DNA of 64,000 nt. Source: Nitrospirota bacterium (GTDB taxonomy: Bacteria > Nitrospirota > UBA9217). A program made the translations under genes and the position numbers. The notes under the pieces were generated by a model. That model was not told the origin of the DNA and ran no database searches. It saw only the letters and a list, made by a program, of their open reading frames with translations. The stretch covers positions 64,001 to 128,000 of the forward strand of contig CAVWHO010000019.1 in NCBI GenBank assembly GCA_963754875.1, given 5' to 3'. Shown here piece by piece: positions 41,701 to 51,492 of the stretch (within the stretch, counting starts at the first letter, position 1; the number at the start of each line of letters is the position of its first letter).

Positions 41701-41886
41701 ATGTACATGGTAACCGTTGACAAGAACAAGTGCGATGGAGACGGCACCTGCGTAAATGTGTGTCCGCAGTCCGTGTTCAAAGTTGAAAGCGGCAAAGCCG
41801 AGCCGGTGAATATGTCGGAATGCATTAACTGTCTGACCTGCGTGGAAAGCTGCCCGCAGCAGGCTATCACGGTCTCCGAGATCTAA
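41701..41886 (+). CDS. Dicluster ferredoxin, copy 1
   Basis: CDGDGTC...CP and CINCLTC...CP. Confidence 0.92.
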   Translation: MYMVTVDKNKCDGDGTCVNVCPQSVFKVESGKAEPVNMSECINCLTCVESCPQQAITVSEI

Positions 41887-41910
41887 CGCAGTGAAAGACC
41901 AGTACACCAA

Positions 41911-41946
41911 AAGGGGATAGTTGAACGACTAGTCCCCTGTTTTTTT
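41911..41946 (+). terminator. Rho-independent terminator after ferredoxin 1
   Basis: AGGGGA-N13-AGTCCCCT hairpin followed by a T-run. Confidence 0.65.
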
Positions 41947-41975
41947 ATCATGATATCGCCCAGGGAGGTGAGAAG

Positions 41976-42275
41976 ATGAAATTAGCATTATTCTTAAGCG
42001 ACTGGAGAAGAACGGAAGACAGTTTTGAAAGAATTAAAGCCGACAAGATGGGAGTAATCCTCGTAGGCAATGGTGTCTATCATGCCGTTGTCAAAGAGAA
42101 CGGCAAGGATTCACCTGTGCTTTCCAAGGCAGGGGCGAGCTTTTACGTGCTGTCCGATGATCTGACCACGAGGGGATATACATCTGCAAACGTCAACTCA
42201 AAAGTGAAGGTTGTCAGCTACGGCGACATCGTCGATCTTATAATGAATGATTACGAGAAAACGGCCTGGATATAG
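41976..42275 (+). CDS. dsrH: DsrH/TusB-like protein
   Basis: ILVGNGVY, YVLSDDLTTRG, VVSYGDIVDL; 99 aa. Confidence 0.75.
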   Translation: MKLALFLSDWRRTEDSFERIKADKMGVILVGNGVYHAVVKENGKDSPVLSKAGASFYVLSDDLTTRGYTSANVNSKVKVVSYGDIVDLIMNDYEKTAWI

Positions 42276-42359
42276 GACGATAAACAGAGGTGAGCGAGGG
42301 GCAATGCCGGATAGGATATGCGCTCCCTCATCCATCATACAAAGGTTAAGGAGGATAGA

Positions 42360-42719
42360 ATGGGAGAATTAACGATAGGAGTATTCTCTTCCCTGGTCGG
42401 TTCGATGTCGCTTGATTTTTCGTTCAAGCTTGCCGATGCCGCAATCGCCAAGGGTCATAAGGTGAATATGTGGCTGTCCGGCAATGCCGTCATGATGGCC
42501 AAGAAGGGACAGAAGCAGTTCAAGGATTACTCGCATAATGAAAAGCTTATGAAGGAACTGATGGGCAAGGGCATGGAAATCACCGTCTGCGAGGCTTGTG
42601 CAGAAGCCCGGGGGTACCATAAGGAAGATGTTCCGGAAGGCATGAAGCGTGCCAGCATGGACTGGTACCTGGCCAAGACCGTCAAGACCGACAAGCTGCT
42701 TCATATCGGAGGTGAGTAA
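42360..42719 (+). CDS. dsrE: DsrE/TusD-like sulfurtransferase
   Basis: LADAAIAKGHKVNMWLSGNAV, VCEACAEARG; AGGAGG RBS. Confidence 0.75.
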   Translation: MGELTIGVFSSLVGSMSLDFSFKLADAAIAKGHKVNMWLSGNAVMMAKKGQKQFKDYSHNEKLMKELMGKGMEITVCEACAEARGYHKEDVPEGMKRASMDWYLAKTVKTDKLLHIGGE

Positions 42720-43132
42720 TGGGAGCCGTAAATTTACTATTCGTTGTGCAGAGACCGCCGTACAAGAGCGAGAACCCCCGTCTTGCGCTCACCCATGCCA
42801 TCGCGAGCCAGACGGCAGAGATCTACATGGACGACGGCGATTCCGTTGTCCCGATCATCGTGTTCGTCGGCGACGGCGTCTTGAACGTGGTGAAGGACCA
42901 GCAGGCCATGAAGGTCTACGGAGTGACGAGCACGGAAAGCCATATCAAGAGCTGCCTGATGATCGACCTCCCGGTCTGGGTCTGCAAGGAAGACATGGCA
43001 CGGCTCGGGCTCAAAGAAGAAAACATGATCACCAATGCCGAGGAGTTGGGCGCCGATATGAAAACAAAGTTCGTCTCCTTCGCCGAGATCCAGAAAGAAA
43101 TGGATTCAGTGAAACATTTGCTGTTCTTTTAA
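42719..43132 (+). CDS. dsrF: DsrF/TusC-like protein
   Basis: LLFVVQRPPY, FVGDGVL...KDQ, VWVCKEDM..LG; start overlaps the dsrE stop. Confidence 0.7.
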   Translation: MGAVNLLFVVQRPPYKSENPRLALTHAIASQTAEIYMDDGDSVVPIIVFVGDGVLNVVKDQQAMKVYGVTSTESHIKSCLMIDLPVWVCKEDMARLGLKEENMITNAEELGADMKTKFVSFAEIQKEMDSVKHLLFF

Positions 43133-43175
43133 CGACGCAGCAAACGCTGCAGGCGTGCTTATGACTCACGGGGAA

Positions 43176-43691
43176 ATGAAACTCAACAACTATTTGCTGG
43201 GGAAAAAAACCGCCATTCTGAAAAAATGGTTCGATGCCGTTGTGGAGACGTATCCCAACGAAACGTCAGCCTTTTTAAAGAAGCAGAAGGCCCAGTTCAC
43301 CAACCCGGTCGGCTATACGTTCGCGGAAGGACTCGAACATCTTTTCGACGCGCTGCTCCAGGGGATGCTTCCCGACACCGTCTCCCGGTTTCTCGACAGC
43401 ATTGTCAGGCTGCGGGCGATCCAGGAGTTCGAGCCGTCTGAAGCGGTGATGTTCATCTTCCGGCTCAAGAAGGTGGTCCGGCAGGAGCTTGGCAACGAAC
43501 TTCTGCAACAACAGGAAATCATCGAGGGACTGGCGACCTTCGAGTCCTCCGTTGACGACCTGGCCCTGTACGCTTTCGATCTTTATGTAAAATGCCGAGA
43601 GAAGATTTTTGAACTCAAGGCAAATGAAGCGAAAAATATGACCTTCAGGCTTTTGCAGCAGGCGCGCCTCATCGTCGACAACCAGGATTGA
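43176..43691 (+). CDS. dsrT: DsrT (RsbRD N-terminal domain protein)
   Basis: ILKKWF...ETYP, FTNPVG, RLRAIQEF.PSEAV.F, AFD.Y..CREK; precedes dsrM. Confidence 0.9.
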   Translation: MKLNNYLLGKKTAILKKWFDAVVETYPNETSAFLKKQKAQFTNPVGYTFAEGLEHLFDALLQGMLPDTVSRFLDSIVRLRAIQEFEPSEAVMFIFRLKKVVRQELGNELLQQQEIIEGLATFESSVDDLALYAFDLYVKCREKIFELKANEAKNMTFRLLQQARLIVDNQD

Positions 43692-43747
43692 GACTTAAGG
43701 AGCGAGATGGCTGAGGCTGCTAACCTAAATTGAAAAGAGGTAACGAA

Positions 43748-44740
43748 ATGAAAGCCATAATTTCTTTCATTGCAGTGCTTATCCTCGCAGCGATAGCTTA
43801 TGTGGGGGTCGAGATGCTGAACGCCCGATACGTTTTCGGTGTCGTTATCCCCTACCTGGCTGTTGCGACCTTTATTATCTTCATGATCGTCCGTATCCTA
43901 AAATGGGGCAGTTCGCCGGTTCCGTTCCGTATTCCCACAACATGCGGTCAGCAGAAGTCATTCCCCTGGATAAAGCACAGCAAACTGGAAAATCCCTCCG
44001 GCGCTCTCGGCGTGATGGGCAGGATGGCCCTCGAAGTGCTGTTCTTCCGTTCGCTCTTCAGGAACCTGAAAACGCAGCTGCGGGATGATTCTCAGTTGAC
44101 CTACGGTGAGGCCAAATGGCTCTGGGCGGCAGGGTTGGCCTTCCATTGGTCGTTTCTCATTATCCTGATCCGACATCTCAGGTTCTTTACTCAGCAGGTC
44201 CCGGCAGCAGTGCAGCTTGTAGAATTGCTTGACAGCTTCCTGCAGATCGGTGTGCCGCTCCTGTATATAACCGATGCGGTGCTTCTTGGTGCGGTAACCT
44301 ATCTCTTCATCAGAAGGATCGGGCTTCCTCAGGTCCGTTATATATCCCTCATCAACGATTACTTTCCGCTCTTTCTGATTTTCGGCATAGCACTCTCCGG
44401 TGCGCTCATGCGGTACTTCTTTAAAACCGACATCGTCAGCGTCAAGATGCTCACGATGAGCCTGGTCAGCTTCAATCCGCAAATTCCCGAGGGGATCGGC
44501 GTTGTTTTTTACATCCACCTGTTTCTCATCTGTACGTTGTTCGCCTATTTCCCCTTCAGCAAGCTTGTCCACATGGGCGGCGTCTTCATGAGCCCTACCC
44601 GCGTCCTGGCGAACAACAGCCGCGTAAAGCGGCATATCAATCCCTGGAATTATCCGGTGCATGTCCATACCTATGAAGAATATGAAAATGACTTCAGGGC
44701 GAAGATGAAAGATGCCGGCCTGCCGGTAGAAAAGGAGTAA
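43748..44740 (+). CDS. dsrM: DsrM cytochrome b
   Basis: PVPFRIPTTCGQ, EVLFFRSLFRN, FHWSF...RHLR, YFPFSKL.H. Confidence 0.95.
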   Translation: MKAIISFIAVLILAAIAYVGVEMLNARYVFGVVIPYLAVATFIIFMIVRILKWGSSPVPFRIPTTCGQQKSFPWIKHSKLENPSGALGVMGRMALEVLFFRSLFRNLKTQLRDDSQLTYGEAKWLWAAGLAFHWSFLIILIRHLRFFTQQVPAAVQLVELLDSFLQIGVPLLYITDAVLLGAVTYLFIRRIGLPQVRYISLINDYFPLFLIFGIALSGALMRYFFKTDIVSVKMLTMSLVSFNPQIPEGIGVVFYIHLFLICTLFAYFPFSKLVHMGGVFMSPTRVLANNSRVKRHINPWNYPVHVHTYEEYENDFRAKMKDAGLPVEKE

Positions 44741-44742
44741 TC

Positions 44743-46362
44743 ATGGCGAAACTTCCGAAACCAGAAGAATTAGCAAAAATTGATTACACGCTGCCGAAAA
44801 CGGGCTGGATGGATACGCCCGTTGTTTTTAAAGAGGGTATGTTCTGCCATGGTTCGAAGCCGAAGAGCCTCGAGCTCGTCAGCTTTCCGAACCCCCGAGA
44901 GTGGAGACCCGCAGACGCGGACTGGAAATTGCCTGAAAACTGGAAGGAGATTCTCCTCAAGGGGATCGCAGAGCGGCTCGAAAAGTACCGGTCCTTCCGG
45001 CTGTTCATGGACATCTGCGTGCGCTGCGGCGCCTGTGCGGACAAATGCCACTTCTTTATCGGTACCGGCGACCCGAAGAACATGCCGGTGCTCAGGGCCG
45101 AGCTGATACGCTCAGTTTATCGCAAAGAGTTCACCCTGGCAGGCAAGATCTTCGGTAAGATGGCAGGCGCGCGCGAGCTTACCATCGATGTACTGAAGGA
45201 GTGGTGGTACTATTTCTTTCAATGTACCGAATGCCGGCGCTGCTCGGTCTTCTGCCCCTACGGCATCGACCAGGCCGAGATCACGATCATCGGCCGAGAG
45301 CTTCTCAATCTGCTCGGCCTGAACATTGAGTGGATCGCCGGTCCGGTCTCGAACTGCTATATGAAGGGTAACCACCTGGGTCTCGAACCCCATACGATCG
45401 TCGGCAACCTCGAGTACATGCTCGACGATATCGAGACCGTCACCGGCAAGAGGATCAAGCCGACCTTCAACCGAAAGGGCGCAGAGATCCTGTTCGTAAC
45501 GCCGTCGGGCGATTTGTTTGCGGATCCCGGTACGTACACGTGCATGGGATACCTTATGCTGTTCGAGGAACTGGGGCTCGACTATACCTGGAGCACCTAT
45601 GCTTCTGAAGGAGGAAACTTCGGTTTCTTCACCTCGAACGAGATGGGAAAGCGGCTCAATTCCAAGATCTATGCAGAGGCCAAGCGTCTCGGCGTAAAAT
45701 GGATCCTCGGCGGAGAGTGCGGCCACATGTGGCGGGTGCTCTCCCAGTACATGGATACCTGGAACGGTCCGGCGGATTTCCTGGAAGTCCCGAAATCGCC
45801 GATTACCGGTACAGTGTTCGAACAAGCGAAATCGATGAAGATGGTCCATGTTGCGGAGTTCACCGCTGATCTGATCAGGAACAATAAGCTCAAGCTCGAT
45901 CCGAAGCGGAACGACCACCTCAAGGTCACGTGGCATGATTCCTGTAACGTTGCGCGCGGCATGGGCATGCTGGAAGAGCCGCGCTATGTGCTCAAGAGCG
46001 TGGTGAACAACTTCTATGAAATGCCCGAAGACACGATACGCGAAAAGACCTTCTGTTGCGGCAGCGGCACGGGCTTAAATGCCTCGGAAGACATGGACCT
46101 CCGCATGAAAGGCGGGTTCCCCCGTGCGAACGCGGTCAAGTTCGTTGCCGAGCACCACGGCGTGAACATGCTTGCCAACGTCTGTGCCATCGACCGGGCA
46201 ACACTCAAACCCTTGATGGATTACTGGGTCCCCAGTGTGAACGTATGCGGCCTCCACGAACTCGTGGCGAACGCCCTGGTCATGACAGGGGAGAAGGAGC
46301 GGACGACCGATCTCCGCGGCGAACCCCTCCCCTCTGCCCAAGCGAAGGAGGAAAAAGCCTAA
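44743..46362 (+). CDS. dsrK: DsrK Fe-S catalytic subunit
   Basis: CVRCGACADKC, CTECRRCSVFCP, GECGHMWR, HDSCN, FCCG. Confidence 0.96.
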   Translation: MAKLPKPEELAKIDYTLPKTGWMDTPVVFKEGMFCHGSKPKSLELVSFPNPREWRPADADWKLPENWKEILLKGIAERLEKYRSFRLFMDICVRCGACADKCHFFIGTGDPKNMPVLRAELIRSVYRKEFTLAGKIFGKMAGARELTIDVLKEWWYYFFQCTECRRCSVFCPYGIDQAEITIIGRELLNLLGLNIEWIAGPVSNCYMKGNHLGLEPHTIVGNLEYMLDDIETVTGKRIKPTFNRKGAEILFVTPSGDLFADPGTYTCMGYLMLFEELGLDYTWSTYASEGGNFGFFTSNEMGKRLNSKIYAEAKRLGVKWILGGECGHMWRVLSQYMDTWNGPADFLEVPKSPITGTVFEQAKSMKMVHVAEFTADLIRNNKLKLDPKRNDHLKVTWHDSCNVARGMGMLEEPRYVLKSVVNNFYEMPEDTIREKTFCCGSGTGLNASEDMDLRMKGGFPRANAVKFVAEHHGVNMLANVCAIDRATLKPLMDYWVPSVNVCGLHELVANALVMTGEKERTTDLRGEPLPSAQAKEEKA

Positions 46363-46790
46363 TGAAACTCTATGACGGCGGTAAAATAATCGTCGGGCTT
46401 CTGGTGTTCATCGGGATAGCGACGTTCCCCTTTTACTACAACATCGGCAAGGTGAATGCGAAGCCGGATCCGAAAACGGACACGCCTGCGATCCAGGAGT
46501 GGGAAAAACTGAATGGAAAAAAAGAGTGCATTGAGTCCAAGGAGTACATGCGGGCCGAGCACATGCAGCTGCTGAACAACTGGCGGGACGCGGTCGTACG
46601 CGGGACCTACCGTCAGTACACGAGCATGACGAGCGGCAAGCACTTCAACATGAGCCTGCAGAACGGCTGCATGAAATGCCATTCGAACAAGAAACAATTC
46701 TGCGACCAGTGCCACAATTACATGGCGGTCAAGCCCTACTGCTGGGACTGCCATATTCAGCCGACGGAGAAGGAGGAGAATAAATCATGA
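46362..46790 (+). CDS. dsrJ: DsrJ triheme cytochrome c
   Basis: MR.EHMQLL..WRD.VVR, CMKCH, CDQCH, CWDCH. Confidence 0.93.
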   Translation: MKLYDGGKIIVGLLVFIGIATFPFYYNIGKVNAKPDPKTDTPAIQEWEKLNGKKECIESKEYMRAEHMQLLNNWRDAVVRGTYRQYTSMTSGKHFNMSLQNGCMKCHSNKKQFCDQCHNYMAVKPYCWDCHIQPTEKEENKS

Positions 46791-47617
46791 GCATGGACAG
46801 GAGACAATTTCTGAAAATTGCCGGCATCTCCTCCATTCTGGGGTTCGGCGCATCGGTGGCATCGGCCACGCATACGGTATGGCAGAAGGGCCTGGAGCCC
46901 CCTCAGGTGGAGCCGAACAAGGAAGGCCTGATTGCAAAGCGGTGGGCCATGGTCGTCGACATGAGCAAGTTTAAGTCCGAGGAAGACATCAACAAGGTCA
47001 CCAGCGCCTGTCACTTGACACATAACGTGCCCGACTTCCGGAACCCTGACGGGACGGTAGACAAGAAACTCGAAATCAAGTGGATTTGGGAAGAGCCCTA
47101 TGAACGGACCTTCCCCGGCTCAGAAAATAAGTTTATGAACGAGCACATCAAGGACATGCCCTTTATCGTGCTCTGCAATCATTGCGACAACCCTCCCTGC
47201 GTTCGGGTTTGCCCCACCAAGGCCACGTTCAAGCTTGAAAACGGCGTCACGATGCAGGACATGCACCGCTGTATCGGGTGCCGGTTCTGTATGGCAGCCT
47301 GTCCCTACGGGTCGCGGAGCTTCAACTGGGTAGACCCAAGGCGGGCACTCAAGCCGGAACTGGAAAACAAAGAGTACCCGACGAGGACCAAGGGCGTTGT
47401 GGAAAAGTGCACCTTCTGCACAGAGCGACTCCAAGTGGGAAAGATTCCTGCTTGCGTCGAAGCCGCTCCCAAGGATGCAATGTTCTTTGGGGACATCGAA
47501 GACCCCAATTCCGAGGTCAGGAAGATCGTGACGTCGCAGCTCACCATCAGGCGCAAGCCCGAACTGGGCACCGGCCCGGCGGTCTATTATCTCATAGGAG
47601 GGAGCGACCATGCTTGA
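46787..47617 (+). CDS. dsrO: DsrO periplasmic Fe-S protein
   Basis: Tat motif MDRRQFLK, CNHCDNPPCVRVCP, CIGCRFCMAACP, VEKCTFC. Confidence 0.93.
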   Translation: MSMDRRQFLKIAGISSILGFGASVASATHTVWQKGLEPPQVEPNKEGLIAKRWAMVVDMSKFKSEEDINKVTSACHLTHNVPDFRNPDGTVDKKLEIKWIWEEPYERTFPGSENKFMNEHIKDMPFIVLCNHCDNPPCVRVCPTKATFKLENGVTMQDMHRCIGCRFCMAACPYGSRSFNWVDPRRALKPELENKEYPTRTKGVVEKCTFCTERLQVGKIPACVEAAPKDAMFFGDIEDPNSEVRKIVTSQLTIRRKPELGTGPAVYYLIGGSDHA

Positions 47618-48782
47618 GAAAGCATTTGAGGGAGGGAAGAAATACTGGGCGTGGCTGATCTTTCTCGGCGCCCTGGCAGCAGTAGGCGTATATTACTATA
47701 TCCAGCAGTTTCAGTATGGGTTGGGACTTACGGGAATGCATCGGGACGTGTCGTGGGGCCTGTACATCGGCCAGTTCACGTTCCTCGTTGGAGTTGCGGC
47801 TTCGGCGGTGATGCTTGTTATACCCTACTATTTGCACGATTTCAAGAAATTCGGCAAGATCGTCATCCTCGGTGAATTTCTTGCAATCTCGGCAGTGACC
47901 ATGTGCATCCTCTTCATTTTTGTGGACATGGGTCAGCCCATGAGGATCATGAATGTCATCCTGCACCCGACGCCGAATTCGGTCATGTTCTGGGATTCCG
48001 TTGTTCTATCCGGCTATCTTGCCATCAACGTACTGGTCGGCTGGGTCACCTTGAGCGCCGACCGGAAAGGCGTTCCGCCGCCAAAGTGGATCCGGTTTTT
48101 CATCTACCTCTCGATTCCCTGGGCAGTGAGTATCCATACGGTGACGGCGTTCTTGTACTCAGGACTTCCGGCGCGTCATTTCTGGCTCAGCGCCGTGATG
48201 GCGGCCCGGTTCCTCGCATCTGCATTTGCTGCAGGTCCGGCCCTGCTCATCATCCTTGCCCTGATCGTGAGAAAAATATCGAAATTCGATCCGGGAAAGG
48301 AGGCCATTCAGGCAATTGGGCAGATCGTGGCCTATGCCATGTTTGCAAACGTGTTTCTCCTCGGGCTCGAATTCTTCACCGCGTTCTACAGCGGTATCCC
48401 GGGCCATGCGGCCTCCTTCATTTATCTCTACCAGGGGCTTGAAGGCCATACTGAGCTCGTACCGCTCATGTGGACGTCTACGATACTTGCAGTTGTTGCG
48501 CTTCTCCTGCTGGTGTTTCCGGCTGCGAGAAAGAAGGAAGGCCTGCTCTCTTTAGCCTGTGTGTCGCTTTTTATTTCGCTCTGGATCGACAAGGGGTTCG
48601 GTCTGATCATCGGCGGTTTCGTGCCGAATCCCTTTGAAGAGGTGCATCCCTACTGGCCGACCATGCCGGAGTCTTTGATCACCCTCGGCGTCTGGGCCAT
48701 TGGGTTCCTGGTCCTTTCCATGCTGTATAAGATTGCAATCTCTGTCAGAGAAAGAACAGCGGGAATAGAAATAGACCATTAA
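47610..48782 (+). CDS. dsrP: DsrP NrfD-family membrane subunit
   Basis: TGM.RDVSWGLYI.QFTFLVGVAASA, SIHTVTAF, ARFLASAF. Confidence 0.94.
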   Translation: MLEKAFEGGKKYWAWLIFLGALAAVGVYYYIQQFQYGLGLTGMHRDVSWGLYIGQFTFLVGVAASAVMLVIPYYLHDFKKFGKIVILGEFLAISAVTMCILFIFVDMGQPMRIMNVILHPTPNSVMFWDSVVLSGYLAINVLVGWVTLSADRKGVPPPKWIRFFIYLSIPWAVSIHTVTAFLYSGLPARHFWLSAVMAARFLASAFAAGPALLIILALIVRKISKFDPGKEAIQAIGQIVAYAMFANVFLLGLEFFTAFYSGIPGHAASFIYLYQGLEGHTELVPLMWTSTILAVVALLLLVFPAARKKEGLLSLACVSLFISLWIDKGFGLIIGGFVPNPFEEVHPYWPTMPESLITLGVWAIGFLVLSMLYKIAISVRERTAGIEIDH

Positions 48783-48804
48783 GAACAAATACTTGCAGAT
48801 TTGT

Positions 48805-48840
48805 AAGGGCCCTCCTGATAATAAGGAAGGGCCCTTTTTT
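48805..48840 (+). terminator. Rho-independent terminator after dsrP
   Basis: AAGGGCCCT...AGGGCCCTT followed by a T-run. Confidence 0.75.
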
Positions 48841-48932
48841 AATCTCAATTTCTTACTTGATTTTATCGGCTCTGCCGGGTAATATATGACGTTTTTGGAA
48901 TCATACTTCAACTGAAGGAGGAACTAGGCACC

Positions 48933-49118
48933 ATGATGATGGTAACGATCGACCAAGCAAAGTGCGACGGAGACGGCACCTGCGCGAACGTCTGTCCGCA
49001 AGCGGTGTTCAAGATCGAGGGTGGCAAAGCCGATCCGGTGAACATGTCCGAATGCATCAACTGCCTGACCTGCGTGGACAGCTGTCCCCAGCAGGCAATA
49101 ACTGTCACCGAGATGTAA
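48933..49118 (+). CDS. Dicluster ferredoxin, copy 2
   Basis: 49 of 61 residues identical to copy 1 by manual alignment; AGGAGG RBS. Confidence 0.92.
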   Translation: MMMVTIDQAKCDGDGTCANVCPQAVFKIEGGKADPVNMSECINCLTCVDSCPQQAITVTEM

Positions 49119-49150
49119 ACAGCAAAGTCAAACTGGATTTACTCATGCAA

Positions 49151-49185
49151 AAGGGGACCGGCTATTCGCCAGTCCCCTTATTTTT
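49151..49185 (+). terminator. Terminator after ferredoxin 2
   Basis: AGGGGA-N13-AGTCCCCT followed by a T-rich tail; same geometry as 41911-41946. Confidence 0.7.
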
Positions 49186-49229
49186 GTACACTCGATGATG
49201 CGCTGAACAGTTTGGCGTATCTCCCGTTC

Positions 49230-50000
49230 TTACTCTTTAGTTATCAGCTTTTGGAATGCCGACATAAATTCGATCGGAAGGGGGAAGACGATAGTCGTAT
49301 TCTTTTCCGTGCCGATCTCGGTCAGTGTCTGGAGGTACCGAAGCTGAAGGGCTATCGGGTTCTTACTTATAACCGCTGCGGCTTCGCCCAGTTTCGCCGA
49401 TGCCTGGAGTTCTCCTTCGGCGTGGATGATCTTAGCGCGGCGCTCGCGTTCCGCCTGTGCCTGGATGGCGATGGCACGCTGCATCTCCGCGGGCAGGTCC
49501 ACGTTCTTCACTTCTACGGTCGCGACCTTCACGCCCCACGGTTCGGTCTGCAGGTCAATCACCTTTTGAAGCTCGGCGTTGATGGCCTCGCGGTTTGAGA
49601 GCAGGTCATCGAGCGAGTTCTGGCCGAGAATGCTCCGGAGGGTGGTCTGGGCGATGAGCGACGTGGCATAGTAGAAGTCCTCTACCTCGATGACGGCCCT
49701 GCTAGGATCGATGACCCTGAAATAAACCACGGCGTTGACTTTAACGGTCACGTTGTCCTTCGTGATCACGTCCTGGGCCGGGACGTCCATCGTTACGGTT
49801 CGCAGGCTCACGCGCACCATCTTCTGTATGCCGGGCCAGAGGAAAATGATCCCCGGTCCTTTTACGCCATGTTCTTTGCTCACTTTGCCGAGGGTGAAGA
49901 TGAGGCCCCGCTCATACTGCTTCAGGATCTTCACGATGTTGTACAGGATGGCTAAGAAGATGATGATTGTGAAGATAAAACTGGTTGCAAATAGTTGCAT
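49230..50000 (-). CDS. SPFH/slipin (band 7) protein
   Basis: [53 protein letters not shown]. Confidence 0.93.
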   Translation of the reverse strand: MQLFATSFIFTIIIFLAILYNIVKILKQYERGLIFTLGKVSKEHGVKGPGIIFLWPGIQKMVRVSLRTVTMDVPAQDVITKDNVTVKVNAVVYFRVIDPSRAVIEVEDFYYATSLIAQTTLRSILGQNSLDDLLSNREAINAELQKVIDLQTEPWGVKVATVEVKNVDLPAEMQRAIAIQAQAERERRAKIIHAEGELQASAKLGEAAAVISKNPIALQLRYLQTLTEIGTEKNTTIVFPLPIEFMSAFQKLITKE

Positions 50001-50041
50001 GGTGAGTCCTCCTTTAATGAGTGACAACAGGTCGTTAATTG

Positions 50042-51385
50042 TTACGTGATCTTTTTTACTTTGACTTTCAGCCCTTCCACGGCAGTGACCGTTACTCGTT
50101 CTCCCTTCTGAATCGGCTCGTCGCTCCAGGCACTCCAGTATTCACCCCTCATGAAGACCTGCCCGCCTCCATGGACATCAGTTTTGGCTACAGCCTCCAT
50201 GCCGATCATCCCTTCTTTGCCGGTAGTCGGTTTTTCCCGGTAGACGCGGATTGCGACGGTCATGGTAATGATGAACAGGAGCGCAGACATGGCAACGGCC
50301 GGAATGATTACGGCCCAGGATATCTGCAGGATGGGTGAAGATGAGTTGATCAACATGACTGAACCGAGAAGCATAGAGATGGTTCCTCCGATTCCCAGTA
50401 TCCCGTGACTCGTGATGAAGGCCTCCGCTATGAAGAGACTGATGCCGAGGACAATGAGAAGGAGTCCGGCATAATTGATCGGCAGTGTATGGAGTGCGTA
50501 GAACGCGAGGACCAGGCAGATTGCACCGGCCACACCGGGGAAGATTGCGCCGGGGTTCGAGAGCTCGAAGTAGAGACCGTAAAAGCCGAGGATCATCAGG
50601 ATATAGGCGATGTTGGGATTGCTGATGATTTCGAGCAGCCGGTAGCGGAAGCCCATGTTGATTTCCTTTATTTCTGCGTTTTCCGTAGAGAGTGTTTTTT
50701 TGCCTATAACGAGTTCGACCGTTTTTCCGTTCAGGTCCTTTACCAGGGTCGGTACATCAGGCGCGATAAGATCGATCACATGGTCTTTCAGCGCTTCGGT
50801 GTCGGTAATTGATACGCTGTTTCTCACCGCGTCCTCGGCCCACTTGGCGTTCTTGCCACGCTTTTCGGCAATGCCGCGCGCCATCGCGGCCAGATCGTTT
50901 ACGACTTTTTTTTCCATGGTCTTGTCCATGTTCCCCTGCATCGTAACGGGATGGGCGGCTCCCATGTGCGTCGTCGGCGCCATAGCGGCGATATTGGCTG
51001 CAAGGGTTATGAATACTCCGGCCGACGCTGCCCTGGCACCGCTCGGAGCAACATAGACCACGGTCGCCACATCGGCCGCCATCATTTTCATGACAATCTG
51101 CTGCATGGAGTCAACGAGTCCGCCGGGAGTGTTCAGCTGGATTATGATCGCCTCGGCCTTGGCTTCCGCTGCTTTGTCGATCGCTTTGAGGATATATTCA
51201 GCGACTACCGGCGTAATCGGCGCGTCAATAGTGATGAGGAATATCTGATTGCGCTGTGCAGTAACGGTCGGAGAAGGCTGTTTTGCGGTCTTGTCTTTCT
51301 CGACTGACAAAGCGTCGTGTTCGAACGACGATAACAACAGCAGGAACGAGAAAAACAGGATCATCCGTCTCGTATTTATTTGCAT
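50042..51385 (-). CDS. nfeD: NfeD membrane-bound serine protease
   Basis: [21 protein letters not shown] region, C-terminal GEYW.A. Confidence 0.92.
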   Translation of the reverse strand: MQINTRRMILFFSFLLLLSSFEHDALSVEKDKTAKQPSPTVTAQRNQIFLITIDAPITPVVAEYILKAIDKAAEAKAEAIIIQLNTPGGLVDSMQQIVMKMMAADVATVVYVAPSGARAASAGVFITLAANIAAMAPTTHMGAAHPVTMQGNMDKTMEKKVVNDLAAMARGIAEKRGKNAKWAEDAVRNSVSITDTEALKDHVIDLIAPDVPTLVKDLNGKTVELVIGKKTLSTENAEIKEINMGFRYRLLEIISNPNIAYILMILGFYGLYFELSNPGAIFPGVAGAICLVLAFYALHTLPINYAGLLLIVLGISLFIAEAFITSHGILGIGGTISMLLGSVMLINSSSPILQISWAVIIPAVAMSALLFIITMTVAIRVYREKPTTGKEGMIGMEAVAKTDVHGGGQVFMRGEYWSAWSDEPIQKGERVTVTAVEGLKVKVKKIT

Positions 51386-51492
51386 TACTCTTCTCCTTTT
51401 GATAGCAAAGTATAGCTGCTATGCCATGTGCTGTCAAGAAGTGCTTGACTCTGAAAAGGTTTTTCTGTAGCATCGAAACAGTACAACGCGAT

